A DNA stretch of 64,000 nt from Isurus oxyrinchus (taxonomy: Eukaryota): NCBI GenBank assembly GCA_026770705.1, contig JANJGN010000026.1, positions 23,808,001-23,872,000 of the forward strand, read 5' to 3'. The translations under genes and the position numbers were made by a program. Below, in pieces: positions 12,891-26,030 of this stretch. Every line of letters begins with the position of its first letter. Within the stretch, counting starts at the first letter, position 1. The notes under the pieces were generated by a model that searched no databases, was not told the DNA's origin, and saw only the letters and a list, made by a program, of their open reading frames with translations.

Positions 12891-12961
12891 TGTCTTTAAA
12901 TTGTCTTTAACTAGTGGCAAAAAGAAGAAATATGAACTGCTAGCTTCTAACACCCTAACTT

Positions 12962-13691
12962 GTGAGCTGTCTGCAATCATGACCCAGACCTCCCTGTTGC
13001 TTGCCATTTCAACACTCCACCCATGCCCACATGTCCATCCTTGGCCTCCTGCAATATTTCAGTGAAGCTCAATGCAAACTGGAGGAACAGCACCTCATCT
13101 TCTGACTAGGCACTTTACAGCCTTCTGGACTGAATATTGAGTTCAACAATTTTAGATCAAGAACTCTCTCCTCCATCCCCACCCCTTTCCGATCCCCTCT
13201 TTTCCAATAATTTATATAGATTTTTCTTTTCCCAGCTATTTCCATTTTTTAAAAATGTATTTCCATCCATTGTTTTATCTCTACCTTTTAGCCTATTTCG
13301 ATCCCTTCCCCCACTCCACCCCCACTAAGGCTATCTGTACCTTGCTCGTCCTGCTTTCTACCCTTAATGTCACTTATTAGCACATTGCTTAGCTAATATC
13401 ACCACCATCAACACCTCTTTGTCCTTTTGTCTATGACATCTTTTGGCAATCTCTACCTATTGCTGGCCCTCTATCCAGCTCTACTTGTCTCACCACCCTG
13501 CACCCCCCCCCACACCCTTAAACCTGCTTATATTTCACCTCTCCTCTATTTTTCCTTAGTTCTGTTGAAGAGTCATACGGACTCGAAATGTTAACTGTGT
13601 TCCTCTCCACAGATGCTGTCAGACCTGCTGAGTTTTTCCAGGTATTTTTATTTTTGTTTTGGATTTCCAGCATCTGCAGTTTTTTGCTTTT
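12962..13691 (+). mobile_element. Penelope-like element, second family (5'-truncated), with 10-bp TSD
   Basis: Encodes PVACHFN...KLEEQHLIF*LGTLQPSGLNIEFNNF (GIY-YIG C-terminus); TSD accctaactt at 12952-12961 and 13692-13701; hammerhead-like motif at 13558-13596. Confidence 0.85.
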
Positions 13692-14349
13692 ACCCTAACT
13701 TAAACTGTACCCTCTTCTTAAATCCCCATACACACACACAACACAGAAAACATGGATTTCAAGGGTGGGATAAAACAGTTCAATAGCACCAATTTAGGAG
13801 TACAGGATTTGATGGGGAGACTTTGATCAATGTCTTCCAAATTCCTTTCAGATCTTTATTGATGACAGGAGATGGTCTTCCAGCAATTTCAGTCTGTAGT
13901 TCACTGGTTGAGCACTTGCCTTTCAACGTTTCTAACAGTGATTTTCCCCTTTGTCTCTTGACAGGGGTTTTCAGTGAGAGAGCAGGTTATAGAGATTTGA
14001 GGAGAAAAATCCAGCTAGCTATTATTGTGGAATTACTGGAATCTTCCACACACAGTAGAAGGAGGTCTTGTCCCTTTCAGGTTCGGAGCTCGCTGCCCTC
14101 ACACAAAACCTGGTCAACTGGTCAGGAGCCAGCTCCCTTGGTTCAGGACTCCTTTCCAGCACCATTCTATCTTTCATGGTACACTCTGTTCCTCGACTGC
14201 AACTTTGCATATATCTCTCATCCTATTCCAGTGGATATGTCTTTCAAACTGCAGCCATTGTAATTTTAATTCACAGTCCAACAGAAAATAAAAGACTTGT
14301 TCTTTACAACAGTCCAACAGAAATAAAAAATATAAGTTTCTTACATTAC

Positions 14350-14550
14350 TCACACACTGGCCAAGTTAATGACTATCCAAAAGCAGGCAGTATGACTGAA
14401 TGAATCCCTACCCACACACAGAACAAGTGAATGGCTGTCCAACAACAGGCTGTATGACTGAATGAATCCCTATCCACACACGGAGCAAGTGAATCACTGT
14501 CCAACAGCAGACTGTATAACAGAATGAATTCCTACTTACACAGCAAGCAG
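14350..14550. repeat. ~60-bp tandem repeat (3-4 units) derived from a shortened zinc finger
   Basis: Unit gtatgactgaatgaatccctacccacacacggagcaagtgaat...ctgtccaacagcaggct recurs with ~61-bp period. Confidence 0.8.
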
Positions 14551-16653
14551 ATGATTAGGCTCTCCCCAGTGAGAACTTGCTGGTGTCTCAGAAGCATGCA
14601 TGTCTCTTCCCACACTTCGAGCATGAGACAGTCTCTCCCCAATGTGACTGCACTGGTGTAACAATGATTGCCTGAACTCAGAACCACAGTGGGAGCAGCT
14701 GAAAGGTTTCACATCAGTGAACTTTTGATGGGACAGCAGTTCCCCAGAACTTGTATAGCACTTCCTGCAGTCAGGGCATTTAAAAAGTCTCTTGTCAGTG
14801 TGAACTCGCTGGTGTCTCAGCAGGTTGGATGAGGTAGTGAATCTCTTCTCACGCTCAGGGCAGGTGAAAGGCCTGTCTCCAGTGTGAACTCGCTGGTGTG
14901 TCAGCCAGCAAGATGAGGTAGTGAATCCCTTCCCACATTCAGAGCAGGTGAATGGACTCTCCTCAGTGTGACTGTACTGATGTAGAGTGAGGTCAGATGA
15001 TCTTCTAAACCCAGTGCCACAATGAGAGCACCTGAATGGTCTCTTGTTAGTGTGAAGACGTTGATGGGACATCTGGCCCCAGAATTTTTATAGCACTTCC
15101 CGCAGTCTGGGCATTTAAAAGGTCTCTTGTCAGTGTTAACTCGCTGGTGTCTCAGCAGGTTGGATGAGGTGGTGGATCCCTTCCCACACTTGGGGGAGGT
15201 GACTGGCCTCTCCCCAGTGTGAACTTGCTGGTGTGTCAGCAGGAGTGCTAAACAGGTCAATCCCTTCCCACACCTGGAGCAGCTGAATGGCCTCTCTCCA
15301 GTGTGAGTGAGCCAATGTGTTGACAGCTGGGATGACTGAGTGAATCCCTTCCCACACTCAGAGCAGCAGGTGAATGGCCTCTCCCCAGTGTGAATGTGCC
15401 CGTCTGTCAGCAGGTGGGATGAGATACTAAATCCCTTCCCACATTCGGAGCAGGTGAATGGACTCTCCCCAGTGTGACTGTGCTGATGTACCATGAGGTC
15501 AGATGGTCGCCTAAATCCAATCCCACAATGAGAGCACCTGAATGGTCTCTCGTCACTGTGAACACGTTGATGGGACAACAGTCCCCCAAGACTTTTAAAG
15601 CGCTTCCCACAGTCTGGGCATTTAAAAGGTATCTCATCAGTGTGAACTCGCTAGTGCATTAGCAGGTGGGATGAACAAGTGAATCCCTTCCCACACTTGG
15701 AGCAGCTGAACAGTCTCTCTGCAGTGTGAGTGCGCTGGTGTATAAGCAGTTGGGATGAAGAAAAGAATTTCTTCCCACAGTCAAAACAGGTGAATGACCT
15801 CTCCCTGGTGTGAGTGCCCAGATATACAGTGAGGTCAGATGGTCATTTGAACTCAGTCCTGCAATGAAAACACGTAAATGGTCTCTCATTAGCGTGAACA
15901 CGTTGATGGGAGATCAGTTCTCCAGAGGTTTTACAGGACTTCCCGCAGTGTGAGTATTTAAAAGGTCTCTCCCCAGTGTGAACTCGCTGGTGTCTCAGCA
16001 GGTTGGATGAGGTAGTGAATCTCTTCCCACACTCAGGGCATGTGAATGGCTTCTCCCCAGTGTGAATGCACTGGTGTGCCAACATGTTTGCTGAACAAAT
16101 GAACCCCTTCCCACACTTGGAGCAGGTGAATATGCCAGCGACTCAGCAGTTGAGATAACTGAGTGAATCCCTTGCCACCCTTAGAGCAGGAGAATGGTTT
16201 CTCCCCAGTGTGAATGTGCTTGTGTGCCTGCAGTTGGGATGACTGAGTGAATCGCTTTCCACATTCAGAGCAGATGAATGGCCTCTCCCCACTGTGAAAT
16301 TGCTGGTGCATCAGCAGGTAAGATCAGGTAGTGAATCCCTTCCCACACTGGCAACAGGTGAATGGTCTTTCCCCATTGTGATGTTGCTAGTGTGTCAGCA
16401 GGCTGGATGAATGAGTGAATCTCTTTCCACGGTCAGTGCAGGTGAATGGCTTCTCCCCAGTGTGAATACACCAATGAGTTTCCAGCTCAGACGGGTAATT
16501 GAATCCCTTCCTGCAGTCCTCACATTTCCACAGTTTCTACCCAGTGTGACTGTGCTCGTGTTTCGACAGGTCAAATGATTGACTGAAGCCTCGTCCACAC
16601 ACAATGCACATGTATGGTTTCTCTCCACTGTGAACGGTGCTTTTTCCTTCCAT
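14536..16653 (-). pseudogene. Multi-finger C2H2 ZNF pseudogene (~25 fingers)
   Basis: ATG at 16653 ([14 protein letters not shown]...), in-frame TAG at 16537-16539, fingers split over several frames (ORFs 15843-16085, 14901-15578, 14536-15072). Confidence 0.85.
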
Positions 16654-17074
16654 GTTCAAAATCCATCTGTGATATTCAGGCTACGCTAAATTGAGTGACT
16701 GTGAGATCCTTATATGATGTTTCGTTTGAGGTTCTGACTGCAAATCCTCCCCTTCAAACACCTTGTAAAAGTGAATTAAAACAGGAAAAAAGGGAGTGAG
16801 GGAGAACTCACAAAACGCAAAGAGAGGTAATGTGCGAGAAAGAGAGAGAGAGAGGGAGAGAGCAAGAGAGAAAGAGGGAGAGCTAAGGAGAGGAATTTTA
16901 TATATCTACAAGTTGACCAGAACCTTGACAGAATCTGTCAAACCATGAACTTTCACCCCTAGAAGGACCAGGCTAGCAGGTGTATGTGAACACCATCAGC
17001 TATAAATTCTTCTCCAAGTCACATACCATCCTGGCTTGATTAACATCAAGTACTGGATGAGAAGAAATTTCCTA

Positions 17075-18130
17075 TAATTAAGTATTGAGAAGACTGAAGC
17101 CATTGTCTTCAGTCCCCATGACAAACTCCACTCCCCAGCCACTGGCTCCATCCCTCTCCATGGTAAATGTGTGAGGCTGAATCGGACTGTTCACAACCTC
17201 AGTGTCATATTTCACCCAAAGATGAGCTTTCAACCACATATCTACATCACCACCAAGATCTCCAATTTCCACCTCAGTATCATCACCTGACTCCACCCTA
17301 GTCTTAGCTCATCTACTGCTTAACCTGTCACCCATTCCTTTGTTATCTCTAGACTTAACTATCCTAACACACTTCTGGACAGCCTCCCACATTCAACTTC
17401 CCTCTAATGTTGAGTTCACCCAGACCTCCATTGCTGTGTGCTTCCTCATACCAAGTCGTTTTCGCCCATCAGCCCTATGCTCGCTGATCTACTTAAGCTC
17501 CCATTTAATAAGTCCCTACATTTTAAAATTCTAGTGCTTGTTTTCAAATCCTTCCATGCTCTTGCCCTTCCCTGTCTCTATAATCTCCTCCATGCTCTTG
17601 TCCCTCCCTATCTCCGTAATCTCCCCCATGCTCTTGTCCTTCCCGGCCTCTGTAATCTCCTCCAGGCTCTTGTCCCTCCCTGGCTCTGTAATCTCTCCCA
17701 TGCTCTTGTCCGTCCCGGCCACTGTAATCTCCATCATATTTTTGTCACTTCCTGCCACTGTAATCTCCTCCATACTCTTGCCCCTGCCTGTATCTGTAAT
17801 CTATTCCAATCACACAATCCTCTGAAATATCTGCGCTCCTATAATACTGGCTTATTTACCATTCCTGATTTTAATTGCTCCACTATTGGTTGTTGTTCTT
17901 TCAGTTGTCAAGGCCACAAGCTCTGGAATTTCCTCCTGAAACCTCGTTGTCTCTCTACCACATTTTCCTCCTTTAAAATACTCCTTAAAATCTACTCCTG
18001 ACCAAGCTTTTGGTCACCTTCCTTGATATCTCCTTATGTGGCTTCTTGTCAAATGTTGCTTTGTAAATTTTTGTGAAACATCTTGGAACGTTGTATTGCA
18101 TCAAAAGTGCGATATAAATACTAATTAGTA
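17075..18130 (+). mobile_element. L2-type LINE 3' end
   Basis: KTEAIVF-like start, ctagacttaactat, HFKILVLVFKSFH...LRS...SFSCQGHKLWN motifs; related copy at ~58.2-59.1 kb. Confidence 0.8.
17550..17805. repeat. 36-bp minisatellite (~7 units) inside the L2 element
   Basis: Unit ctccatgctcttgtccctccctgtctctgtaatctc; explains the periodic ORFs 17531-17773 and 17538-17825. Confidence 0.9.
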
Positions 18131-19101
18131 TTGTCAACTTGGATTTTTATCATCTTCAGCATCACTGGGTGAATAACCTGTAACTCCTTATCTAACAGCA
18201 TTGTGGCAGCAACTTCACCACATGGACATCAATGGTTCAAGGTCAAACATCATCTTCTGCACAGGCAACTAGGGATTGGTAATATCTGCTGCTGGTCTCT
18301 TGCCAAGACGCAGCCTGGGCACAACATGCTAAACAGTTTTTTTCTGTATTGTAATCACTCAATGATTCTATGACTCAATGAAAAAGAACACACGCTGGAG
18401 GCCAGAGATCAACTCCTGTCACCAAAGCCCACCGTAGTACAACCCGGCTCTTAATCAGTGTTTACAGACTTGGTTCTCCAACTGATGCCTGGAATGAAAT
18501 AATAGCAAAATACTGCTGCTGCAAATCTGAAATAAAAAGTGTTGGGGACACTCAGCAGTGCAACTTCTGTGGAGAAAAAAACAGAGTTAACATTTCAGGA
18601 TGCACAGAAAGAATTACGGGAAATAAAAATTGTGCAGAATTTAATGGACGGTACAAGGTCAGAAGTGGAAGAGAAATGGACTAGAGCACAGGAAAAACAA
18701 TTCCTGACAATGAAAGGTACTGCGGGAAGATAAAGCTGGAAAGCCAGCAGCATATGGTTGGGGGATGGGCAGCAGCTGAGCTCATTCAGGCAGAGTAAAT
18801 GGAAGTAACAGTAAAACAGTAAACATAACGACAATACATTCATTATCAGAATTATGTGGAATGTGAACATCCCATGGTTGCAATTTCAAAAATGAGCAAG
18901 AAGAGCTTTCCCTAGGTTCCTACAACAATTGTCCTTCATTTAACACCATTGAAAACAGCGATCTGATTATTTCTCCAATTATATTTGTGGGATCTTGCTC
19001 TGTGCGCATTTGCTGACATGTTTCCCACATTACACTGCGGGAAGCACTTGATTGGCAGGAAAACACTTTAGGAAATCCTGAGGTCGTTTTTATCCATTTT
19101 T

Positions 19102-19803
19102 NNNNNNNNNNNNNNNNNNNNNNNNNNNNNNNNNNNNNNNNNNNNNNNNNNNNNNNNNNNNNNNNNNNNNNNNNNNNNNNNNNNNNNNNNNNNNNNNNNN
19201 NNNNNNNNNNNNNNNNNNNNNNNNNNNNNNNNNNNNNNNNNNNNNNNNNNNNNNNNNNNNNNNNNNNNNNNNNNNNNNNNNNNNNNNNNNNNNNNNNNNN
19301 NNNNNNNNNNNNNNNNNNNNNNNNNNNNNNNNNNNNNNNNNNNNNNNNNNNNNNNNNNNNNNNNNNNNNNNNNNNNNNNNNNNNNNNNNNNNNNNNNNNN
19401 NNNNNNNNNNNNNNNNNNNNNNNNNNNNNNNNNNNNNNNNNNNNNNNNNNNNNNNNNNNNNNNNNNNNNNNNNNNNNNNNNNNNNNNNNNNNNNNNNNNN
19501 NNNNNNNNNNNNNNNNNNNNNNNNNNNNNNNNNNNNNNNNNNNNNNNNNNNNNNNNNNNNNNNNNNNNNNNNNNNNNNNNNNNNNNNNNNNNNNNNNNNN
19601 NNNNNNNNNNNNNNNNNNNNNNNNNNNNNNNNNNNNNNNNNNNNNNNNNNNNNNNNNNNNNNNNNNNNNNNNNNNNNNNNNNNNNNNNNNNNNNNNNNNN
19701 NNNNNNNNNNNNNNNNNNNNNNNNNNNNNNNNNNNNNNNNNNNNNNNNNNNNNNNNNNNNNNNNNNNNNNNNNNNNNNNNNNNNNNNNNNNNNNNNNNNN
19801 NNN
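19102..19803. other. Assembly gap (702 N)
   Basis: Run of N. Confidence 1.
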
Positions 19804-20269
19804 CTTTCTTGATTTATTCCTCCCACTTCACAGACACAAGTTCCACTAACGTTACTCTTAACACTTAAAACAAAGTATTTGATGGGTTGGGAAGTGGGAT
19901 TTTTGAGCATTGAATTGTGATCTGGCTTCTGCTGCATGAAAAGGAGCTGGATGCACATTCAATAACAAGTTTCAAAAGTTAATTTAGTAAATTCTAGGGC
20001 GACATTTGATTAAGAACAAGTAACTATAACTAACTGGCTTGCTCTTTCAGAGACTGGGCGTACACGCCGTGACCAACTGATCTGCTCTTTTGCTTTCTGG
20101 TTGCAAACAACGATATTCATGACCTCAGGCCACACGAATCATCTCTCTCGGCGAATAAAGTGCTTTTTGAGAAATGCTGAATCAAATTTGTGCAGCCACA
20201 CGTCCCTAATGTCATGCTTGCTTATCACTGAAAACCATCAATCAATTCATCGTTGTTTGGGATGAGGGG

Positions 20270-20845
20270 CTTATCTTATGAAGAAATTTTGAATCGTTTG
20301 GATCAATAGCCAGTGGAATTTAGAAGAATGAGAGGTGAACTTAGTGAAACATATAGGAGCCTGGCTTGAGGGGGGTGGTGGAGGGTGTGGGGGTGGGGGG
20401 TGGGGGGGGGGGGGGGGGGGGGGGGGGGTGCGGGGGGGTGGGTGGTGGTGGTGGTGTGGTGAGGCTGGTGCTGCGTCTTGACAAGGTAGATACCGGGAGG
20501 ATGTTTCCACTTCTGGTAGTGACCAGAACTAGGGGACAGAGTTTAAGATTAAGAGACCTACCTTTAAGGGGGAGATGAGGAGATTTGTTGTTCTCTCAGA
20601 GGGTTGTTTGTATATGGAATTCTCTTTCATAGAAAACAATGGAGGCTGGTCATTAAATGTATTCAAGGGTGAGTTATGTTGTGCTAATACCATGCGTTAG
20701 ACAGATTTTTGATAGGCAAGGGAGTTAGGGGCCAGACGGGAATATGGAATAGAGGCCACAAACAGACCAGCCATGAACATATGGAATGGTGGATCAGGTT
20801 CTGTGGGCTGATCGGCCAACTCCTGCTTAAAATCCCATAGTCATA
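20270..20845 (+). mobile_element. CR1 LINE 3' end with embedded poly-G tract
   Basis: tttagaagaatgagaggtga..., accagaactaggggacaga, tail gggctgatcggccaactcctgct. Confidence 0.75.
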
Positions 20846-21401
20846 TATTTATTTGTTTGGTGAGAGAGTGTTGATGGGTGCGGTGGTCTGAAACACAGAA
20901 TGACAATGACATGGCCCAGTGTAACATAAATAGCGACATGGGGCAGCCTAGTGTGATAAGAGCTAAACAATTGTCAATTGTAACATGAACAGAGCCAAAA
21001 TGTGCCCTCACCTAATCGCAGAATACGATCTAATCTCATAAAATGGGATCTGGTTTAATCTAATAGGCACAAGATCTAATAAGTCAATAACAGAGATAAG
21101 GAACTAAGCTCATATAAAAGTGGACACTCTCTACTTCACTGAAAACTGAGGCAGGGACTTGCGTAACGTAAACAGAGACAAGCTCAATTACAATAATAAA
21201 TGAAAACGGATCTTGTGTGATGTAAACAATGGTATTTCCTTGCACTCTATGAAATAAGGCAGGGTCTAATTCGATATTACTAGCAACATGCATTGTAAAC
21301 ATTCAGAACGATGTGTTTCGTGCTTTGTACACACTTCTACTCTACATACGAATTATGCAAATATGCATAATGCAACACATGCGTACATGGTTTACTCTTA
21401 C

Positions 21402-21437
<36 letters not shown>

Positions 21438-23900
21438 TTGGTAGCGCACAACACCAGCGTGAATTAGTACACTTTCACACACCACATTTGGCCTCTAAAT
21501 AGTGCAACGTACGGCGCTCACAATAAGGGACTAATCCCGCTTTCTTCTCGGAGATTGTTAAAAGATTCACCCTAACTTCTCCACCACATATTACATCCTG
21601 AGGATCTCAGAAAGCGACAAGTTCATACTTGTTTTCAAATATAGTCGATATTGTAGGGCAGAAATATTATTTACACAGGGAGAGGCGGGAATGTGCAATT
21701 ATTTGTCAGGAAGTTTTGTCAATCTGAGCCTATCGGGCTTAAAGATATGGCGGAATCCAGGTAGTTGCTGGAAAATTTCAATTTGTGGCCAATAACAAAA
21801 ATTCCATTATGTCACAAAATGATCATCATATCTCAACATCTGTTTATGAATCACTGAGGAACCAATCTGGATGAAGAAATTGCTGGTCCTTTTCTTCGGA
21901 CTACCGGGTGCCATTGGACCATGAAATGCAATGATTCCCAGAACTCATTGTCGAACCCTCCTTTGTTATAACACCTGCAAATTATGTACAATCTCTTGCC
22001 CTGAATGTACTATTGTATGAAGTGAAGTGTCACAGAACAAAGATGTTTCCTGTTGCCTACTTGACACCAGTAAACGGATGCTTCGGCACGTTTTGACCAA
22101 AGGCGAAATGCTGGAGCGCCATCTTGCGGAAAAGGATGACTCTGAATTTCGACCCGAATATTGCTGCATGAATTTGCTGAATTGTTATTACGTGAGACTG
22201 TAATGAATGTTATTACTTTAATTATACTATTATTATAACTTCTCCATTTATTCTTTTCCATTCGCTGCCGTTGCTCCTTTACATCAATTGTGAGATTATT
22301 TGTCTCAGTTCTCTTATGTGCCCAATTAATTAAGACAATATATGCTCATTTGCATTCTCCTTAATGATTCCAACATTATAAGGTTAGGTTGCAATTTGGT
22401 TAAAAAAATCAGCCTGACCAATTTATTAAGCATCAAAGGCGGACACAAAATTGAATAGGTCCATGAATTACGGGAGATGGGTATTTTGCTATTTCTGTGT
22501 TTGTGTGTGTACCCGTGTGTGTTTGTGTCTATGTGTGTGTGTGCGTGTGTACGTGCTGTTCACCAGCCAAGCATAGCCCTCACGGACATCACTGGTTACT
22601 CACCGAGAAATTCTCCCTCCACACTACCCTATCAAGCAATGGCAGGACAGGTGCTCCACGGTTATGATACAAAATAAATCTCCTTGTCCACTGCTCAAAC
22701 ACTCTTATCCAGAGTCAGTACCGCATGGGTTAAATAAAGAATAAAATCTACTTCTGCACTGTCCTAAAAACAATTACAGGGCAGATAGAACAGGGATGAA
22801 CTGCAGGGTGAATCTCCCTCTACACTCTACCATCAAAGACTCCTAGTCCACTCCTTCCCGAATGAATGTATATTCTGGTTCGATAAGCACCGATTAGGCG
22901 CGAAATTGTGAAAGTAATTAACTTGTAACTTCTAAATCATCTGTAATAATATTTTATCCTTTCGAATTGCTGAGATGGTGTACTTTACACATCGAAATTA
23001 CATTTCTAAAGGCTTGTGTGTCTCTCACATCTGAAGCCCGTGACTTGTTGTCTCCTCAGTCCCAATGCCCAGTAAGTTCTCATATATGCTCCTTGTTCAT
23101 ATATGCTCATAAATGCTCTTCGTTTCACGGTATCTCACTTCACTGTAACCTAACGTAGAGTCTGGTAGTTGAATCGTGTTAACAGTGAAAGTGGTGGAGG
23201 CTATCTCACGGTTCACAGATACTTTAAACCTTCTCCCAATTCATCTCTGTATGTGAAGACAAGGTACTCGGGAGCTTAATTGGAGAATTGCCAGTACCAG
23301 AATACGAGTTCTGGTCCGAAAGTTCTCCGATACATCGATTTCTGAAATGTCTCCGAGTGACAGGAGCAGCTGCCAAAACAAGAGTAACATTAAATTAATG
23401 ATATATGCAAGCAGAAGTAAATAAAATGCTTGCGGATTTCAGCAACACAAGCAATCTATCGATCTATCTATCTATCTTTCTATCTATCTATCGACCTATC
23501 TAATTTTAATCTAACCACATAACTATTCATCTTCAATTTATTCGCCTGCCTTACTGTCTGTGTGCCTGCCTGTCTCCCTGTATATCTATCGACTTATCCG
23601 ACTGTCTGTCTATATATTTATTTCCTTGTTTTTCTAACTTTCTCCCGCATCTCTATCGATCTAAGTATCTGAGGGCAAGAGTTATTTTTCTGTCCGTCTT
23701 TTCATTTTTTAAATTGAACAACCACACATAGAAATGTTTACTTAATATGTTTCGATAATCTGTAGCTGTAACACCAGCTATAGGATGTTGTAACTTTAAT
23801 TTTAAACATGGGAACCGTAACATTCCTGAATATCACCGGCATTTCTAAAGGTCCTGGGTTCGGGAAAGGTTAACGGTGCAGCGGACACACGACAGTGAAC

Positions 23901-24191
23901 AAGGCATTGGAAAGCAGAATCCGTCTTTGTCTCACTGTGTCCCCATTGTAGAGTAACAAACTCTGACGGCCTGGGTTAACTATAGACGTGGTATTGAACG
24001 TCGTCACTCGGTCAAAGGATATATTCCCCTGGTAAATAGAGGCGATAAATTTCGCAGCCCCTGTCGGTGTTTGTCTGTACCAGGCAACGGTACCGCCTGT
24101 ACCAACCGAGAGCCGATAATCTAGTTCAATCCGTTCCCCTTCCCGAGATAACACCTTCTCAGGGTGGGAGCTCTGATCCTCACACTGAACA
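23901..24191 (-). pseudogene. TCR V pseudogene (internally deleted)
   Basis: Acceptor ttcacag| at 24192; VQCEDQSSHPEKVLSREGERIELDY...VAWYRQTP; short FR3; CACAGTG heptamer at 23933-23939 with degenerate nonamer. Confidence 0.75.
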
Positions 24192-25706
24192 CTGTGAACA
24201 AAAGAAAAGTCACTCACAAACTTAACGATAGTAAGACATTATAAAAAATGATGAGATAAATAAACTGACACAATATCAACAGCAACCGGGCTTCAACTGG
24301 AAACACGCCTTTGAGGGAGTTTACGTTCGTAGCGATGAGGATGGGCAAAAGGTGGATCAATCAGGGTCTGATTTCCAGTGTGAGGCTGGCTGCCGAGCCC
24401 AGGACCCTCAATGGTGGGGAAGGGAAGAGGAGGCGAGGGGAGAGCTTTACATTCTCCTCGTACAGCGGGAGACTGATGGGCGACATTCGCACCGACTGGA
24501 CTGTTATGGGATGTTATTATCTGACGGAACTGACGGTGCACAGAGCGATTGGCAGTTTCTCAAACCAGAGACCACTTGAACTGTCACAGCTCACGAATTT
24601 CTCTGCTTCCGGTGTATCAACGGGTTAAATCCTTTCATAAAATTTGTTCTCTGTTGTCTTTCTAACTGAAAAGAGCCATCCGCCATCTTAGAATCATAGC
24701 GTCTTCCAGCAAAAAGCGGGGCAGTTAGGCCCACCATCTATGTGCTGAATCTCTGAAAGAGTTATCCATTTACTCTTAATTATCTGCCTGTGGTCTGCAT
24801 GTTTTGTCTTCTTAAATTCTTTAACTGGACAAATAATTATCCATTTTCTCTTTTAAGTAATACTTATAAATTCTGCCTCCATCACTGTTTCTCGTGGACA
24901 ATCATATCTTCTAACAGTGCACTGCTCAAACTACATAAATAATCTACCCTCTTTAACCTGAAATGACGGCATCCAGTTACCCACTGAGCGAAAAGCCGGA
25001 TTAACGTTATTTCTTTCTAACCTTTTAAAACCTTCCTGGATTGGACATAAATTTGTCAGACCAGTTCATAACATTCCGTCTCATGGTGAAAAGATCGCCA
25101 GTAGCTCAAGTATTTGTGTTATCATCTCTCGCCTTGCTTTATCTTTCTCAGTCAGTCCTACACTCTGATTATCAGTTTAACACTAAGCGAAACAAGAATT
25201 CTAAAACTAGCCCAAGTGTTTGAACTGCGTTGTCAGCAATGATAGGTGCAGCTTTATCCGTGTCTCTTTGTGTTCTACATTCCTCACCCCTGTTTACAAC
25301 CTCGAATTATTTAGCTCTTTAAGGCAAACAGCAGCTTGTTCCCCACGTTCAGCATCTGAATCCTGAATGATTTCTCGTCCTCTACTCGTTCAGATTAATA
25401 TTTATTTCTTAGTTCCTTTCGCATTTCAACTACTTTACATTTTGTAGTTTTTTTTGTATGAGACAGAAATGTTTGGTTGCACTTTGGACCATTACCTCAT
25501 TTATTCTTCTGACGTTCACTAATTGTCCTTTCTCTCCTCTATTTGCAGGAATATACCGAATTGGGCAGACGCGCCACCTACTGGTTTTTCCGGTAACTTT
25601 GGTAAGTCGAATCTGTCAAACTCGATATCAGTTCCTGAAATGCTCTATTTTTAAAATTTACTTTACTGTGGAGGGATTAGCTGCTACGTGAGGCACTTAG
25701 CTGAAC

Positions 25707-26030
25707 ATGGTTGTAAATGTTGTAGATATTGCGTTTTTATCTATTTCATTTGAAGAGAGAGTAAATGATAAAAATTATGTTTAACTAACAATAAAAACAC
25801 TCGGTATATTCAGGCGTTGATGGTAATTCTGGTCCTTATTGTCCATCTGCATGTGAACGCTCCAACGTCTGGACCTCACTTACTGACACTTCAAAAATGT
25901 CTCCCGCCTTGTTTGGTTCATCCCTCTGAACTCATGTCCCATGTGGGCAGAGAATTCAGTAGGGATGTGAACAGTACCAACGGAATGTTTAACATCCAGC
26001 CAACAAGAGCACAAGTTAGAGAAAGTCCTG
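25707..26030 (+). pseudogene. Highly degenerate V-like remnant
   Basis: Leader-like MVVNVVDIAFLSISF..|gtaaat, short intron, cag|GVDGNS, FR3-like EFSRDVNSTNGMFNIQPTRAQVRES; no RSS. Confidence 0.35.

Larger units (their letters stand above)
12092..14345. mobile_element. Probable solo LTR carrying nested CR1 and PLE insertions
   Basis: Ends tctcacg (TGTCACG-like) ... cttaca, flanked by ctac/ttac 4-bp near-TSD; interrupts the finger repeat register. Confidence 0.45.

Noticed and set aside
17550-17805. 36-bp repeats resembling a CRISPR array
   Set aside because: Head-to-tail minisatellite without spacers, inside an L2 element in a vertebrate genome
19068-19958. 296-aa ORF
   Set aside because: Spans the N gap
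20366-20460. Poly-G tracts (also ~7515, 27465, 34890, 37900, 48110) as G-quadruplex elements or Gly/Pro-rich ORFs
   Set aside because: Low-complexity expansions, several inside TEs; homopolymer length is unreliable
24293-24628. Overlapping GC-rich ORFs upstream of the 24191 V
   Set aside because: No recognizable domain; probably promoter or UTR sequence
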